Assembly (NCBI GenBank): GCA_037481775.1
Contig: JBBFKZ010000005.1
Span: 26,871-90,870, forward strand
Length of the DNA: 64,000 bases
DNA from: Candidatus Bathyarchaeia archaeon
GTDB lineage: Archaea; Thermoproteota; Bathyarchaeia; Bathyarchaeales; Bathycorpusculaceae
Reading direction: 5' to 3'
Part shown: positions 55,948 to 64,000 of the stretch, one piece after another
Layout: every line of letters begins with the position of its first letter
Position numbering within the stretch: the stretch's first letter is position 1
Translations under genes and position numbers: made by a program
The notes under the pieces: generated by a model
The model's input: the letters and a program-made list of their open reading frames with translations, nothing else
What the model was told of the DNA's origin: nothing
Database searches by the model: none

Positions 55948-57120
55948 TTAAAGCTCTTCTTCTGGGATGCCCATTTTTTGTAGATAAGCACTAACATACT
56001 TTGGGTTAGTGGCCAGATCTTTGCTTCTTAGGAGTCTTCTGTCAAGCCGATCTAGTGCCACTCGGAATGTTGATTCTACTCCCCAGCCTTCGCTGGAACT
56101 TACGAAGGCACCTTTCACCGTTTTCAAGTGCATGCGGCAGTGGATAAGTGGTATCCCTTTATGGCTTGTTCCGTGGGTTTTCATGTAAACAAATAAAGTT
56201 CCTAGTTCAAGCGTTTCCTGGTACTTGCGTGCAAAGGACTCAAACTCCGCTATCATAAAACTTTGTTGGTCAGGGTTTATAACTATGCCTTTTACTCCGA
56301 ACTGAATTGCAAGCTTCTTTTCAGGAATTTCCATCTGAGATATTGGCTCAAGAAAATCCAGCTTTGTTACTATTCCCATCAGTTTTTGTTTTTCTTCTAC
56401 CACAAGACATGAAATCTCAAATGCGTGCATTTTCTTTTCCGCTTCTCTCAGTGTGGTTGAAGGTGAGACCGTGATTACTGGCTTTCGCATTATGCCCTTC
56501 GCCGGGACGCTTATTACCGGAACTTTCTCGCCTACAATTTCGCCAAGCGTCTGGCGACGCTGCGGCTGAAAAATGTGTTCTATGATGTCATGTATGCTTA
56601 TCATCCCTGCGAGTTTTCCGTTGTCAATTACGGGCACGTGTGAAATTCCCTGTTCACGCATTAGGCTTAGCACGGCGCCTACGGAACGGTGCGCTTCAAT
56701 TGTGTATGGTGTGCGGGTCATTATTTTCTCTATTGGCGTATTACCCCATTCCTGGGTTACAGCACCATGAATGATGTTCTCATCGGTTACGAAGCCTATC
56801 AGCTTGTTTTTTTCGAAAACTGGTAGCTGTCTAACGCCGCTTTCTATCATCAGCTTGGCTGCTTTGCTTATGGAAAATTCAGGTGAAACTTTTGGTGCAG
56901 TGCGCGTTAAGCTCTTAACCTTGGTTGTTGCGGGGTCAAGTCTCGACCTTATTATCCAACGTCTCGCGATTACGCCGACATATTTGCCTTTGTCGTCTAA
57001 AACTGCGAGGACTGGCGGCATTTCTTTTTTGAACAGTTCCAAGCATCTGGAGAGCGGCTCGTTCTCGTATACTGTGGCGACGCCTTTTGAGAAGACTTCC
57101 CTTACAGAAATCGGGTTCAT
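55948..57120 (-). CDS. 4xCBS-domain protein with a C-terminal HPF/RaiA-like domain
   Basis: Four CBS repeats; C-terminal LFVYMK...HCRMHL.T..G.F.SS.EGW......ALDRLDRRL. Confidence 0.8.
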   Translation of the reverse strand: MNPISVREVFSKGVATVYENEPLSRCLELFKKEMPPVLAVLDDKGKYVGVIARRWIIRSRLDPATTKVKSLTRTAPKVSPEFSISKAAKLMIESGVRQLPVFEKNKLIGFVTDENIIHGAVTQEWGNTPIEKIMTRTPYTIEAHRSVGAVLSLMREQGISHVPVIDNGKLAGMISIHDIIEHIFQPQRRQTLGEIVGEKVPVISVPAKGIMRKPVITVSPSTTLREAEKKMHAFEISCLVVEEKQKLMGIVTKLDFLEPISQMEIPEKKLAIQFGVKGIVINPDQQSFMIAEFESFARKYQETLELGTLFVYMKTHGTSHKGIPLIHCRMHLKTVKGAFVSSSEGWGVESTFRVALDRLDRRLLRSKDLATNPKYVSAYLQKMGIPEEEL

Positions 57121-57401
57121 TGTTTTCTTCCCTCTTCTTGGTTATTGATGAGGTGCAATTTAAACATTCTAAGGTGTTGCTGTTCTGTTGGCTTTTCATT
57201 AAATCGTGTTTGAGTGTTCTAGATGATTCAAATGCTTATGATAGAAAAGTATATGAATGTTCTAGATAAATTGTATAGATGTTTCATTCTGCATTGTTTA
57301 TATAACTGGCTTCGGGAGAAGAATGAGGTAACGGGGGAGAAGCGCGGTAAGAAGAGTGCTGTTAACGCCATTATTCTCATCCGCTCCTGTCAGGGAGGGA
57401 T

Positions 57402-57797
57402 TTGATACTTTTGAGTCTTAATGACAAAGAGCTGGTTGAAACGCTTAAGATTGAGTGGAAGCGGCTGTGGAGCGAACGCTTAGACGACAAGGTACTTGCC
57501 GAGGGCATAGCCACCGCTGATTACCGCTATCTTTTCGTTGAAAGAGGCCTTATAATTCATGCCACCAAGGATTATAAGGCTTTGAGTTTTAGAGAAATTT
57601 TGGAGCAACATCAAATCGCTAATGCCGAACGGTATATTCCTCCGCCGCCTCAAGTTGGCGGATGGACCAAATTCATCAAGACCAGCATCACATCTCAGCA
57701 GCCTAAGCGCCGAGAGAAGCGTGCGCAGCTTTACCGTGAAGCGCCAAAGCAGAAGCAGCAGCTGAAGAAAGGCGGAAGAGGCTGGCTGCACCTCTAA
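57402..57797 (+). CDS. Hypothetical protein
   Basis: RBS GGAGG; 131-aa ORF with a basic tail. Confidence 0.75.
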   Translation: MILLSLNDKELVETLKIEWKRLWSERLDDKVLAEGIATADYRYLFVERGLIIHATKDYKALSFREILEQHQIANAERYIPPPPQVGGWTKFIKTSITSQQPKRREKRAQLYREAPKQKQQLKKGGRGWLHL

Positions 57798-57854
57798 GCT
57801 TTCTCCCATTTTTTGTGGTTTTCTGGTTTACTACTGCATTTTGGTGTGTTTCTG

Positions 57855-58169
57855 TTGGGTAGCTATCGGAGTCGGCTGGATATTATCGCTGATATTCTGC
57901 GTGCGGTCAGCCAGAATGCTAAAAAAACGCAGATCATGTATCAGGCGAATCTAAGCTATCATGTTCTACAGAAGTATTTGAGTGAGGTAAGCGCGGCATT
58001 GCTGATTGAGTTCAATTGTAATGATCAGTGTTATGTGCTTACTGATAAGGGGAAAGCGTTTTTGGATGCTTACAATGAGTATTCCCGCGATTACCTGTAC
58101 CTTGAGAAGCGGTTGAACGAGGTTAAAGGCAAAAAGAAAATGCTAGAGGCATTGTGTTCAAGAAAATAG
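57855..58169 (+). CDS. Archaeal winged-helix regulator (HTH_45/DUF4364-like)
   Basis: YRSRLDIIADIL......KKTQIMYQANLSY..L.KYL...Y.LT.KG..FL. Confidence 0.88.
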   Translation: MGSYRSRLDIIADILRAVSQNAKKTQIMYQANLSYHVLQKYLSEVSAALLIEFNCNDQCYVLTDKGKAFLDAYNEYSRDYLYLEKRLNEVKGKKKMLEALCSRK

Positions 58170-58197
58170 TTTATGGCTAATCTGCGAGTGAAACGCC

Positions 58198-58686
58198 TTG
58201 TCAATTAACGCATGTAAAGCAATCATCACCTTAAGCCTAATCTTGCTTGCTGTAAGCGCTTTTCTCCCGCTAGTGCATGGGGATCAAGCAGCGGCTGCAG
58301 CGACTCTTGCTTCTGCTAAAGCTCAGATTGTATCTTGCTACCGGGCGGCTGAGGAAGCGGAGAGTGCCGGAGCGAACATAACCGCGTTGGTAGCGGTTCT
58401 TAATGATGCTGGGCTTCTTCTTTCGCGTGCCGAGTACGCTTACTCAATTCGCGACTTTGATGATGCGCGTGATCTTGCAACACAGAGCCTGAGCCTCTTA
58501 AGCAATTTTGTGGCTGAAGCTGATGTTTTGAAAGAAAACGCTGTAGCACAGCGGAACCAGGATTTTCTAATTAACGTTTTAGGATCTACTGCAGGCACTT
58601 TTGCTGTTTTAGGCGTTGGCGGCGCCTTATGGGTTGCCTTGAAGCGGCGAGAGAAAGCCGCTGAGGCTCAAGCCAATAGGGCGTGA
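58198..58686 (+). CDS. Hypothetical secreted/membrane-anchored helical protein
   Basis: Signal peptide, AE.AGANIT.L...LN.A, C-terminal TM plus basic tail. Confidence 0.8.
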   Translation: MSINACKAIITLSLILLAVSAFLPLVHGDQAAAAATLASAKAQIVSCYRAAEEAESAGANITALVAVLNDAGLLLSRAEYAYSIRDFDDARDLATQSLSLLSNFVAEADVLKENAVAQRNQDFLINVLGSTAGTFAVLGVGGALWVALKRREKAAEAQANRA

Positions 58687-58705
58687 TGAGTAATAGTCAG
58701 GAGGC

Positions 58706-59998
58706 GTGAGAAATTTGGCGAGATCTGCGGAGTTGTTTGAGAGGGCTAAGCGGCTGATGCCTGGTGGCGTTAACAGCCCTGTTAGGGCCTATGCGCCGTA
58801 CCCGTTTTTCACTAAGCGTGCTCATGGCTCGCGGCTGGTTGATGTGGACGGTAACGAGTACATGGATTATTGTATGGCTTACGGCGCGCTGCTTCTGGGG
58901 CATGCGCATCCCGCTGTTGTTGAAGCTGTCAGGGCGCAGCTGGATCATGGCTCGTTGTATGGTACTCCTACTGAGCAGGAAGTGGAGTTGGCTGAGCTAA
59001 TATGCCAAGCGGTGCCTTCGGCTGAGATGGTTCGTTTGGTAACTACTGGTGGAGAAGCTACGATGAGCGCTATAAGGGCAGCGCGTGGCTATACTGGGCG
59101 GAGGAAGATTTTGAAGTTTGAGGGCTGCTATCACGGCGCGCATGACAGCGTGCTGGTGAAGGCGGGCTCGGGCGCGGCGACCTTCGGAGTGCCTAACTCG
59201 CTTGGGGTTCCCGAAGAGGTGGTACGGAATACGGTTGTGGTGCCGTTTAACGATGCTGATGCGTTTGAGGCGACTGTCAAAGCGAATAGGGCTGATTTAG
59301 CCGCTGTGATAGTAGAGCCTGTCATCGGCAACATCGGCTTGATTCTGCCGCGGGAAGGCTTTCTGGAGACGCTGCGGGAAGTGTCCGAGGCTTATGATGT
59401 AGTTTTGATTTTTGACGAAGTTATAACGGGTTTTAGGCTTGCGCTTGGCGGCGCGCAGGAGTATTATGGCGTGACGCCTGATTTGACGACGCTTGGGAAA
59501 GTTTTGGGCGGCGGATTTCCTTTGGCTGCTTTTGTGGGGCGAGAGGAGATTATGCGAATGATCGCGCCTGAGGGCAAAGTGTATCAGGCGGGGACTTACA
59601 GTGGGAATCCCGTGAGTGTGGCGGCGGCCTTGGCCACGTTAAAGTTTCTGCGACATCGTGGAGACGCCCTTTATGCCGAGTTAGCAGAAAAGTGCCGGGC
59701 AATTGTGGAGCCGTTGAAGGATGCTGCTGCGGAGTCTCGCTTCGCTCTTCAAGTTAATCATGTGGCTTCCATGTTCCAGTTATTCTTCACCAAGAAGGCT
59801 GTTTACGATTATGCCAGTGTAAAGACGGCTGATGCCGCGGCATATATGCGGTTCCACAGTGCACTCTTAAGCAAGGGCGTGTTCCTTCCGCCGTCGCAGT
59901 TTGAAACGTGCTTTGTCTCGGCGGCGCATTCAAGCGTGGATTTGGACAAAACTGCGGAGCGCATCATAAGCGCACTTGAGCGAGGCGTGGTCACTTGA
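58706..59998 (+). CDS. hemL: Glutamate-1-semialdehyde 2,1-aminomutase
   Basis: PGGVNSPVRA, KFEGCYHG, FDEVITGFR, GKVLGGGFP, YQAGTYSGNP, PPSQFE. Confidence 0.93.
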   Translation: MRNLARSAELFERAKRLMPGGVNSPVRAYAPYPFFTKRAHGSRLVDVDGNEYMDYCMAYGALLLGHAHPAVVEAVRAQLDHGSLYGTPTEQEVELAELICQAVPSAEMVRLVTTGGEATMSAIRAARGYTGRRKILKFEGCYHGAHDSVLVKAGSGAATFGVPNSLGVPEEVVRNTVVVPFNDADAFEATVKANRADLAAVIVEPVIGNIGLILPREGFLETLREVSEAYDVVLIFDEVITGFRLALGGAQEYYGVTPDLTTLGKVLGGGFPLAAFVGREEIMRMIAPEGKVYQAGTYSGNPVSVAAALATLKFLRHRGDALYAELAEKCRAIVEPLKDAAAESRFALQVNHVASMFQLFFTKKAVYDYASVKTADAAAYMRFHSALLSKGVFLPPSQFETCFVSAAHSSVDLDKTAERIISALERGVVT

Positions 59999-60627
59999 GA
60001 CTCAGCGATTACGGTGTTCTCTACTGGGTGGTTGTGGGCGTTTTAGCTCTGCTTATAGCTTCACCTGCGCTGAGCAGAGTGCTTGTTTATCCGCGGACAG
60101 AGTTTTTCACGGAGCTTTGGCTTCTAGACGCTAACCACAGCGCTGAGGGTTACCCATATAATGTTACCCGTAACGCGGATTACCATGTATACTTGGGCAT
60201 CGGCAACCATTTAGGCCACTGCGCATATTACGTGGTTCAGGTGAAGTTTAGGAATCAGACGCAGCCGGCGCCGACAAGTTTCGGTCCTATTGAAAATCGC
60301 ACTCCCAGCAATTTGCCCTCGCTTTTTAATCTCACCGCTTTTGTTGCGGACGAGCAAGTTTTCGAGATGCCGTTAACGTTTTCTTTTGACTATCGCTATG
60401 ACGAGGTGCTTTCGATGGTTACGATTTCTAGCCTGCGGCTGAACGATGTTGCGTTGAACATGAGCGATTGCACGATAGACTGGGATCCGGAGAAGAATGC
60501 GTTCCGGGGTTACCTATTCTTTGAGTTATGGGTGTATGATGAGGGCGTAAATAGGCTTCAGTATCACGGGCGATTCGTTGGTTTATGGCTTAACATGACC
60601 CTCTCTGATAATCAGCTAATTTTGTGA
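59995..60627 (+). CDS. DUF1616-like membrane protein
   Basis: N-terminal TM, E.FTELWLL.....A..YP, LGI.NH.G...YY.V.VK. Confidence 0.75.
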   Translation: MRLSDYGVLYWVVVGVLALLIASPALSRVLVYPRTEFFTELWLLDANHSAEGYPYNVTRNADYHVYLGIGNHLGHCAYYVVQVKFRNQTQPAPTSFGPIENRTPSNLPSLFNLTAFVADEQVFEMPLTFSFDYRYDEVLSMVTISSLRLNDVALNMSDCTIDWDPEKNAFRGYLFFELWVYDEGVNRLQYHGRFVGLWLNMTLSDNQLIL

Positions 60628-60650
60628 ATGCGATTCTGAGGTGGTTGAAG

Positions 60651-61643
60651 TTGGATAAGTTGCGTGTTGCGGTTGTGGGTTTTGGGAAGATGGGTATGGT
60701 TCATGCGGGTATATTGAATGTTTTGTCTGATGTTGAACTTGTGGCGATATGTGAGAGAAGCGGTTTGGTTCGCCGTTTTCTGCGGAAGGCGCTCAGGAAC
60801 GTTGCTGTTGTTGAGGATGTAGCTAAGCTTTCGGGCTTTAACTTGGATGCTGTTTATGTTACTACGCCTATAGCGGCGCATTTTCCAATTGTGCGAAGCC
60901 TATATGAAGAAGGGGTTGCACGGAATATTTTTGTTGAGAAGACTTTGGCCTCAAACTTCGCTGAGGCGGAGCAGCTTTGCAGCTTAGCGGAGAAGCATGG
61001 TGGCGCCACGATGGTTGGTTATCTAAGGCGTTTCTGTGTGACGTTTATGAAGGCTAAGGAGCTCATCGATGGCGGCGTTTTAGGTTCGATTTCTTCTTTT
61101 AGGGCGCATGCGTTTTCTTCTGACTTTTTCGGTGTGGATGCTGATGCTAAGGTTAAAGTGCCCCGCGTCGGCGTGGTCAGAGAACTGGGCTGTCATGCTT
61201 TGGATTTGGCGTTCTGGCTTTTCGGTCGCTTCAATGTTAAAGAGGCGAGTGTGGAGGCTTCGCTTAACGGCAGCGTTGCTGATTCCGCGCATTTTGTGGT
61301 GGAATCAGTTGAGGGTGTTTCAGGCGAATTCAATGTTTCATGGTGCCAGGAGGGTTATCGTTTGCCTGAGGTCGACTTCTCCGTGGAGGGCTCTGCGGGC
61401 TGCTTAAGCGTGAATGACGATGAGGTAGTGCTGAAGCTGAAGAGCGGAGTGTCGCGCCGTTGGTTCAGGCATGATCTTAATGACGCGGTTGGTTTCTGGC
61501 TTGGAATTCCCGAGTATTATCGTGAGAACTTGCATTTTGTCCAGTCGCTTGTCGGCGGCGGGAAGCCCGAACCGAGCTTTAAGGCAGCCGCGGAAGTAGA
61601 TCGCTTAATTGATGATGTTTCAGCCAAGGCGAAAGGGCTATGA
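60651..61643 (+). CDS. Gfo/Idh/MocA family oxidoreductase
   Basis: VVGFGKMG..H, DAVYV.TP..H, VEK, VGY.RRF. Confidence 0.92.
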   Translation: MDKLRVAVVGFGKMGMVHAGILNVLSDVELVAICERSGLVRRFLRKALRNVAVVEDVAKLSGFNLDAVYVTTPIAAHFPIVRSLYEEGVARNIFVEKTLASNFAEAEQLCSLAEKHGGATMVGYLRRFCVTFMKAKELIDGGVLGSISSFRAHAFSSDFFGVDADAKVKVPRVGVVRELGCHALDLAFWLFGRFNVKEASVEASLNGSVADSAHFVVESVEGVSGEFNVSWCQEGYRLPEVDFSVEGSAGCLSVNDDEVVLKLKSGVSRRWFRHDLNDAVGFWLGIPEYYRENLHFVQSLVGGGKPEPSFKAAAEVDRLIDDVSAKAKGL

Positions 61644-62539
61644 GCAGTGATGCAAAGATTTTGCTTGTTGGCGATAACCCGTTTCATGGGATAAGCCACT
61701 TGTCTCAGGCGCGTAGCCGAATGAGAGGCGAATCGCCTGCTGACCCGGCTTATGCAGCGAAGCTTGTTGCGCTTTCAGTTGAGAATGGCGCCGACGGTTT
61801 CATGTTCTCTGTAAGCGAAAAAACCCTGAAGATACTGGAGCATCTGCGTGGAAATGGCGGCGTTAAATGTTTACGGCTTTATGCCATTGTGCCATGCGCC
61901 TACGATTATGTGCGGCTTGCAAGCGCCGCGGGCGGCGTGCCTGGCTTAGCTAAGCGGGTGATAAAGGAGATTGTTTTTTCCGGAAACATTGCCGCGACGG
62001 CTTCAGGATTGAACGGTGTTTTGAGATCTGACTTGCACTCGCTTGTTAAGACGTATCTACAGTATGAGCTTTCGCGGGTTAAGCGCTCCGCAGGTAAAAG
62101 CGCTATGTTAGAGGCTGTCCTGCTTCATCAAGTGATAACGGATCTTTGTTTAGCGTTAAACCTTGATTGGGTTTTCCAGTTTTACATAGGCTATCTGCAT
62201 AAGCTTGGGTTAACGCCTGGCTTCAACACTGGAAACTTTCCGTTCCTTGTCGAAAAGTTACAGGATTGGAACATAAATGTGGGCGATGTTGTGATCGCTG
62301 CACCGTTCAATAAGGTCGGTTTCCAAATGGTTCCTACTATTAAGCATTGTGAAGAGCTCCTCTTGAACACTCCAGAGCTTAATGTAATCGCTATCAGTGT
62401 TCTCGCTGCTGGATATCTTAAACCTAATGAGGCGTTTGATTACATAGCATCTCTTCATAACATTAAAGGTGTAGCTGTAGGTGTGTCAAAAGAAAAACAC
62501 GCTAAAGAAGCGTTCAGTCTTTTAAGATCGATTTTATAG
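61640..62539 (+). CDS. Hypothetical protein (possible TIM-barrel, glycan-cluster associated)
   Basis: LVGDNPFHGISHLS, PFNKVGFQM.P, A.SVLAAGYL. Confidence 0.75.
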   Translation: MSSDAKILLVGDNPFHGISHLSQARSRMRGESPADPAYAAKLVALSVENGADGFMFSVSEKTLKILEHLRGNGGVKCLRLYAIVPCAYDYVRLASAAGGVPGLAKRVIKEIVFSGNIAATASGLNGVLRSDLHSLVKTYLQYELSRVKRSAGKSAMLEAVLLHQVITDLCLALNLDWVFQFYIGYLHKLGLTPGFNTGNFPFLVEKLQDWNINVGDVVIAAPFNKVGFQMVPTIKHCEELLLNTPELNVIAISVLAAGYLKPNEAFDYIASLHNIKGVAVGVSKEKHAKEAFSLLRSIL

Positions 62540-62636
62540 ATAAAATATACTTTGTTGGTACTTTGTGAAAATTTTTATTTTTGGCAAAAATGTTTTTAAT
62601 TTTAAAATGTCTTTGCATTTGGTGGATGGATAAAAA

Positions 62637-63305
62637 ATGGTTTTAAAACATAGAGTTGTGCTTGCTTTAGGCGCTCATCCAGACGATGTTGAATTAGGTT
62701 GTGCTGGAACACTTCACGGTGCTTTACTTACTGGCGCTAAAATAATAGTTGTTTATCTGACTAAAGGCGAAAAAAGTGGTGACCCTGAGACTCGAGTTAA
62801 AGAAAGCCGTGCCGCGTTAGCTACTCTTGGCATAGGTGATGTATTTTTCGGAAATTTTCGCGATACTGAAATTCCTAATTCTCATGAGGCTATTCAATTT
62901 ATGGAAAAATTTTATGAATCATATAAGCCTGATTTGGTATTGACTCACACAATCCATGATACCCATCAAGATCATCGCCAAGTGGGTTGGCTTTCTCTTT
63001 CCGCTTTTAGAAACGCGCCTAGATTGCTTGCGTATGAGACGCCACGGGCTACTGGTGATTTTAGGCCTTCTTTCTTTGTGGATATTCATGAACACGTTAA
63101 TTGTAAGTGGAATGCGTTGAAGTGTCATGTTTCGCAAATCCAGAAAAGATATGTTGCATATGAGTCAATGGTTAATCTTTCATCCTTCCGCGGTAGCCAA
63201 TCTGGACTTATTGCTGCTGAAGCCTTTGAAGTGCTAAGATATGTTGAATGGTTGCCTTCTCCTAAGTGTGTCGTGCGGCCTGAAATGGATTCAGAATCGA
63301 ATTAA
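62637..63305 (+). CDS. PIG-L/LmbE family deacetylase
   Basis: GAHPDDVELGC, R..E, D.HQDH, K..AL..H.SQ. Confidence 0.93.
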   Translation: MVLKHRVVLALGAHPDDVELGCAGTLHGALLTGAKIIVVYLTKGEKSGDPETRVKESRAALATLGIGDVFFGNFRDTEIPNSHEAIQFMEKFYESYKPDLVLTHTIHDTHQDHRQVGWLSLSAFRNAPRLLAYETPRATGDFRPSFFVDIHEHVNCKWNALKCHVSQIQKRYVAYESMVNLSSFRGSQSGLIAAEAFEVLRYVEWLPSPKCVVRPEMDSESN

Positions 63306-63332
63306 CTTAGTCATATTAACGGGTGAAAATTT

Positions 63333-64000
63333 TTGGACAAGGTCACTGTTTTAGTTACCTGCGTCGGGTGTGTGACTAGTCCTAGTCAGATTGAAAGTTT
63401 GCGTTTTAATCCAGAAGGACGACATCTAAGGATAATCGGGACAGATGCAGTGGTTCCTTGCATTGGTCAATACACTGTGGATAAGTTTTATCAGACACCA
63501 TTCGGAACTGATGTCGAATATGTTGAAAAAATGCTTGAAATTTGTTCCCGTGAATCTGTAGACGTTGTTTTTCCTGCTTCGCATGAAGAAGGTCTAGCTT
63601 TGGCTCGGCGAAGGGCTGACTTTCAGAAAATTGGAACAACTATCGCCATTTCAAAAGATTCTGTTTTAGAGTTAGCATTTAATAAAAAGACAGCTTATCA
63701 AAATCTTAAAAACAACAACTTACCCTGCCCCGAATTTTATGTGGTGCATAGTGTAGAGGAATTTAAGACTGCTGCATTTCAGCTAGGAATAGACAATAAG
63801 AAAATAGTTATGAAACCGGTGTTAACTCGTGGGGGAAGAGGAACGCGAATTCTAACCAAAAGCCTAAATGTTCATTCAATTTTGAATGAGAAACCGGGGG
63901 GTCTTGAAGCAAATTACGATGAAGTAGTCCGTGCCTTAAATACAATTGCCCCTGAACGTTTTCCCGAGTTGATATTGATGGAGTACTTGCCTGGAGAAAT
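63333..64000 (+). CDS. ATP-grasp domain protein (partial, runs off window end)
   Basis: TTG after GGTGA; DKVTVLVTCVG...IIGTD...VDKFY..P...VDVVFP...E...NKK..Y..L....LPCP...MKP...RGGRG...LILMEYLPG. Confidence 0.85.
   Translation, partial: MDKVTVLVTCVGCVTSPSQIESLRFNPEGRHLRIIGTDAVVPCIGQYTVDKFYQTPFGTDVEYVEKMLEICSRESVDVVFPASHEEGLALARRRADFQKIGTTIAISKDSVLELAFNKKTAYQNLKNNNLPCPEFYVVHSVEEFKTAAFQLGIDNKKIVMKPVLTRGGRGTRILTKSLNVHSILNEKPGGLEANYDEVVRALNTIAPERFPELILMEYLPGE

Overview
Archaeal chromosome segment. Gene content and style (DUF1512, SmAP3, ArcTGT, unlinked 5S rRNA, Zn-ribbon tyrosine integrases, dnaK/dnaJ/grpE) suggest a TACK archaeon, most likely Bathyarchaeia (inference). Most of the window is housekeeping: trpS, pheST, map, mtnP/apt, an Opp/Dpp ABC transporter, MFS/DMT transporters, ltaE, tgtA, guaA-B, dnaKJ-grpE, pyrDK, hemL and the start of a surface-glycan cluster. 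RNA genes are tRNA-Trp (two introns, one carrying C/D guides), 5S rRNA, tRNA-Phe, tRNA-Val and an unannotated C/D-box sRNA predicted to guide 23S Gm2251. The accessory hotspot is about 30.1-38.5 kb. It holds a collapsed CRISPR-Cas remnant (3 repeats fused to a truncated cas3, frameshifted cas6) and a decayed integrase facing the 3' end of tRNA-Phe. It also holds an apparently intact 4.55 kb integrative element (integrase, MCM-like ATPase, RHH, small Zn-finger ORF) inserted into the 5' end of tRNA-Phe, which separates the tRNA from its native promoter. Other oddities are a 48-bp dispersed repeat with an ORB-like G-string, a frameshifted multi-PAS kinase and sharp local GT/AC strand-skew switches. 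All family assignments come from motif recognition by eye, not database searches.
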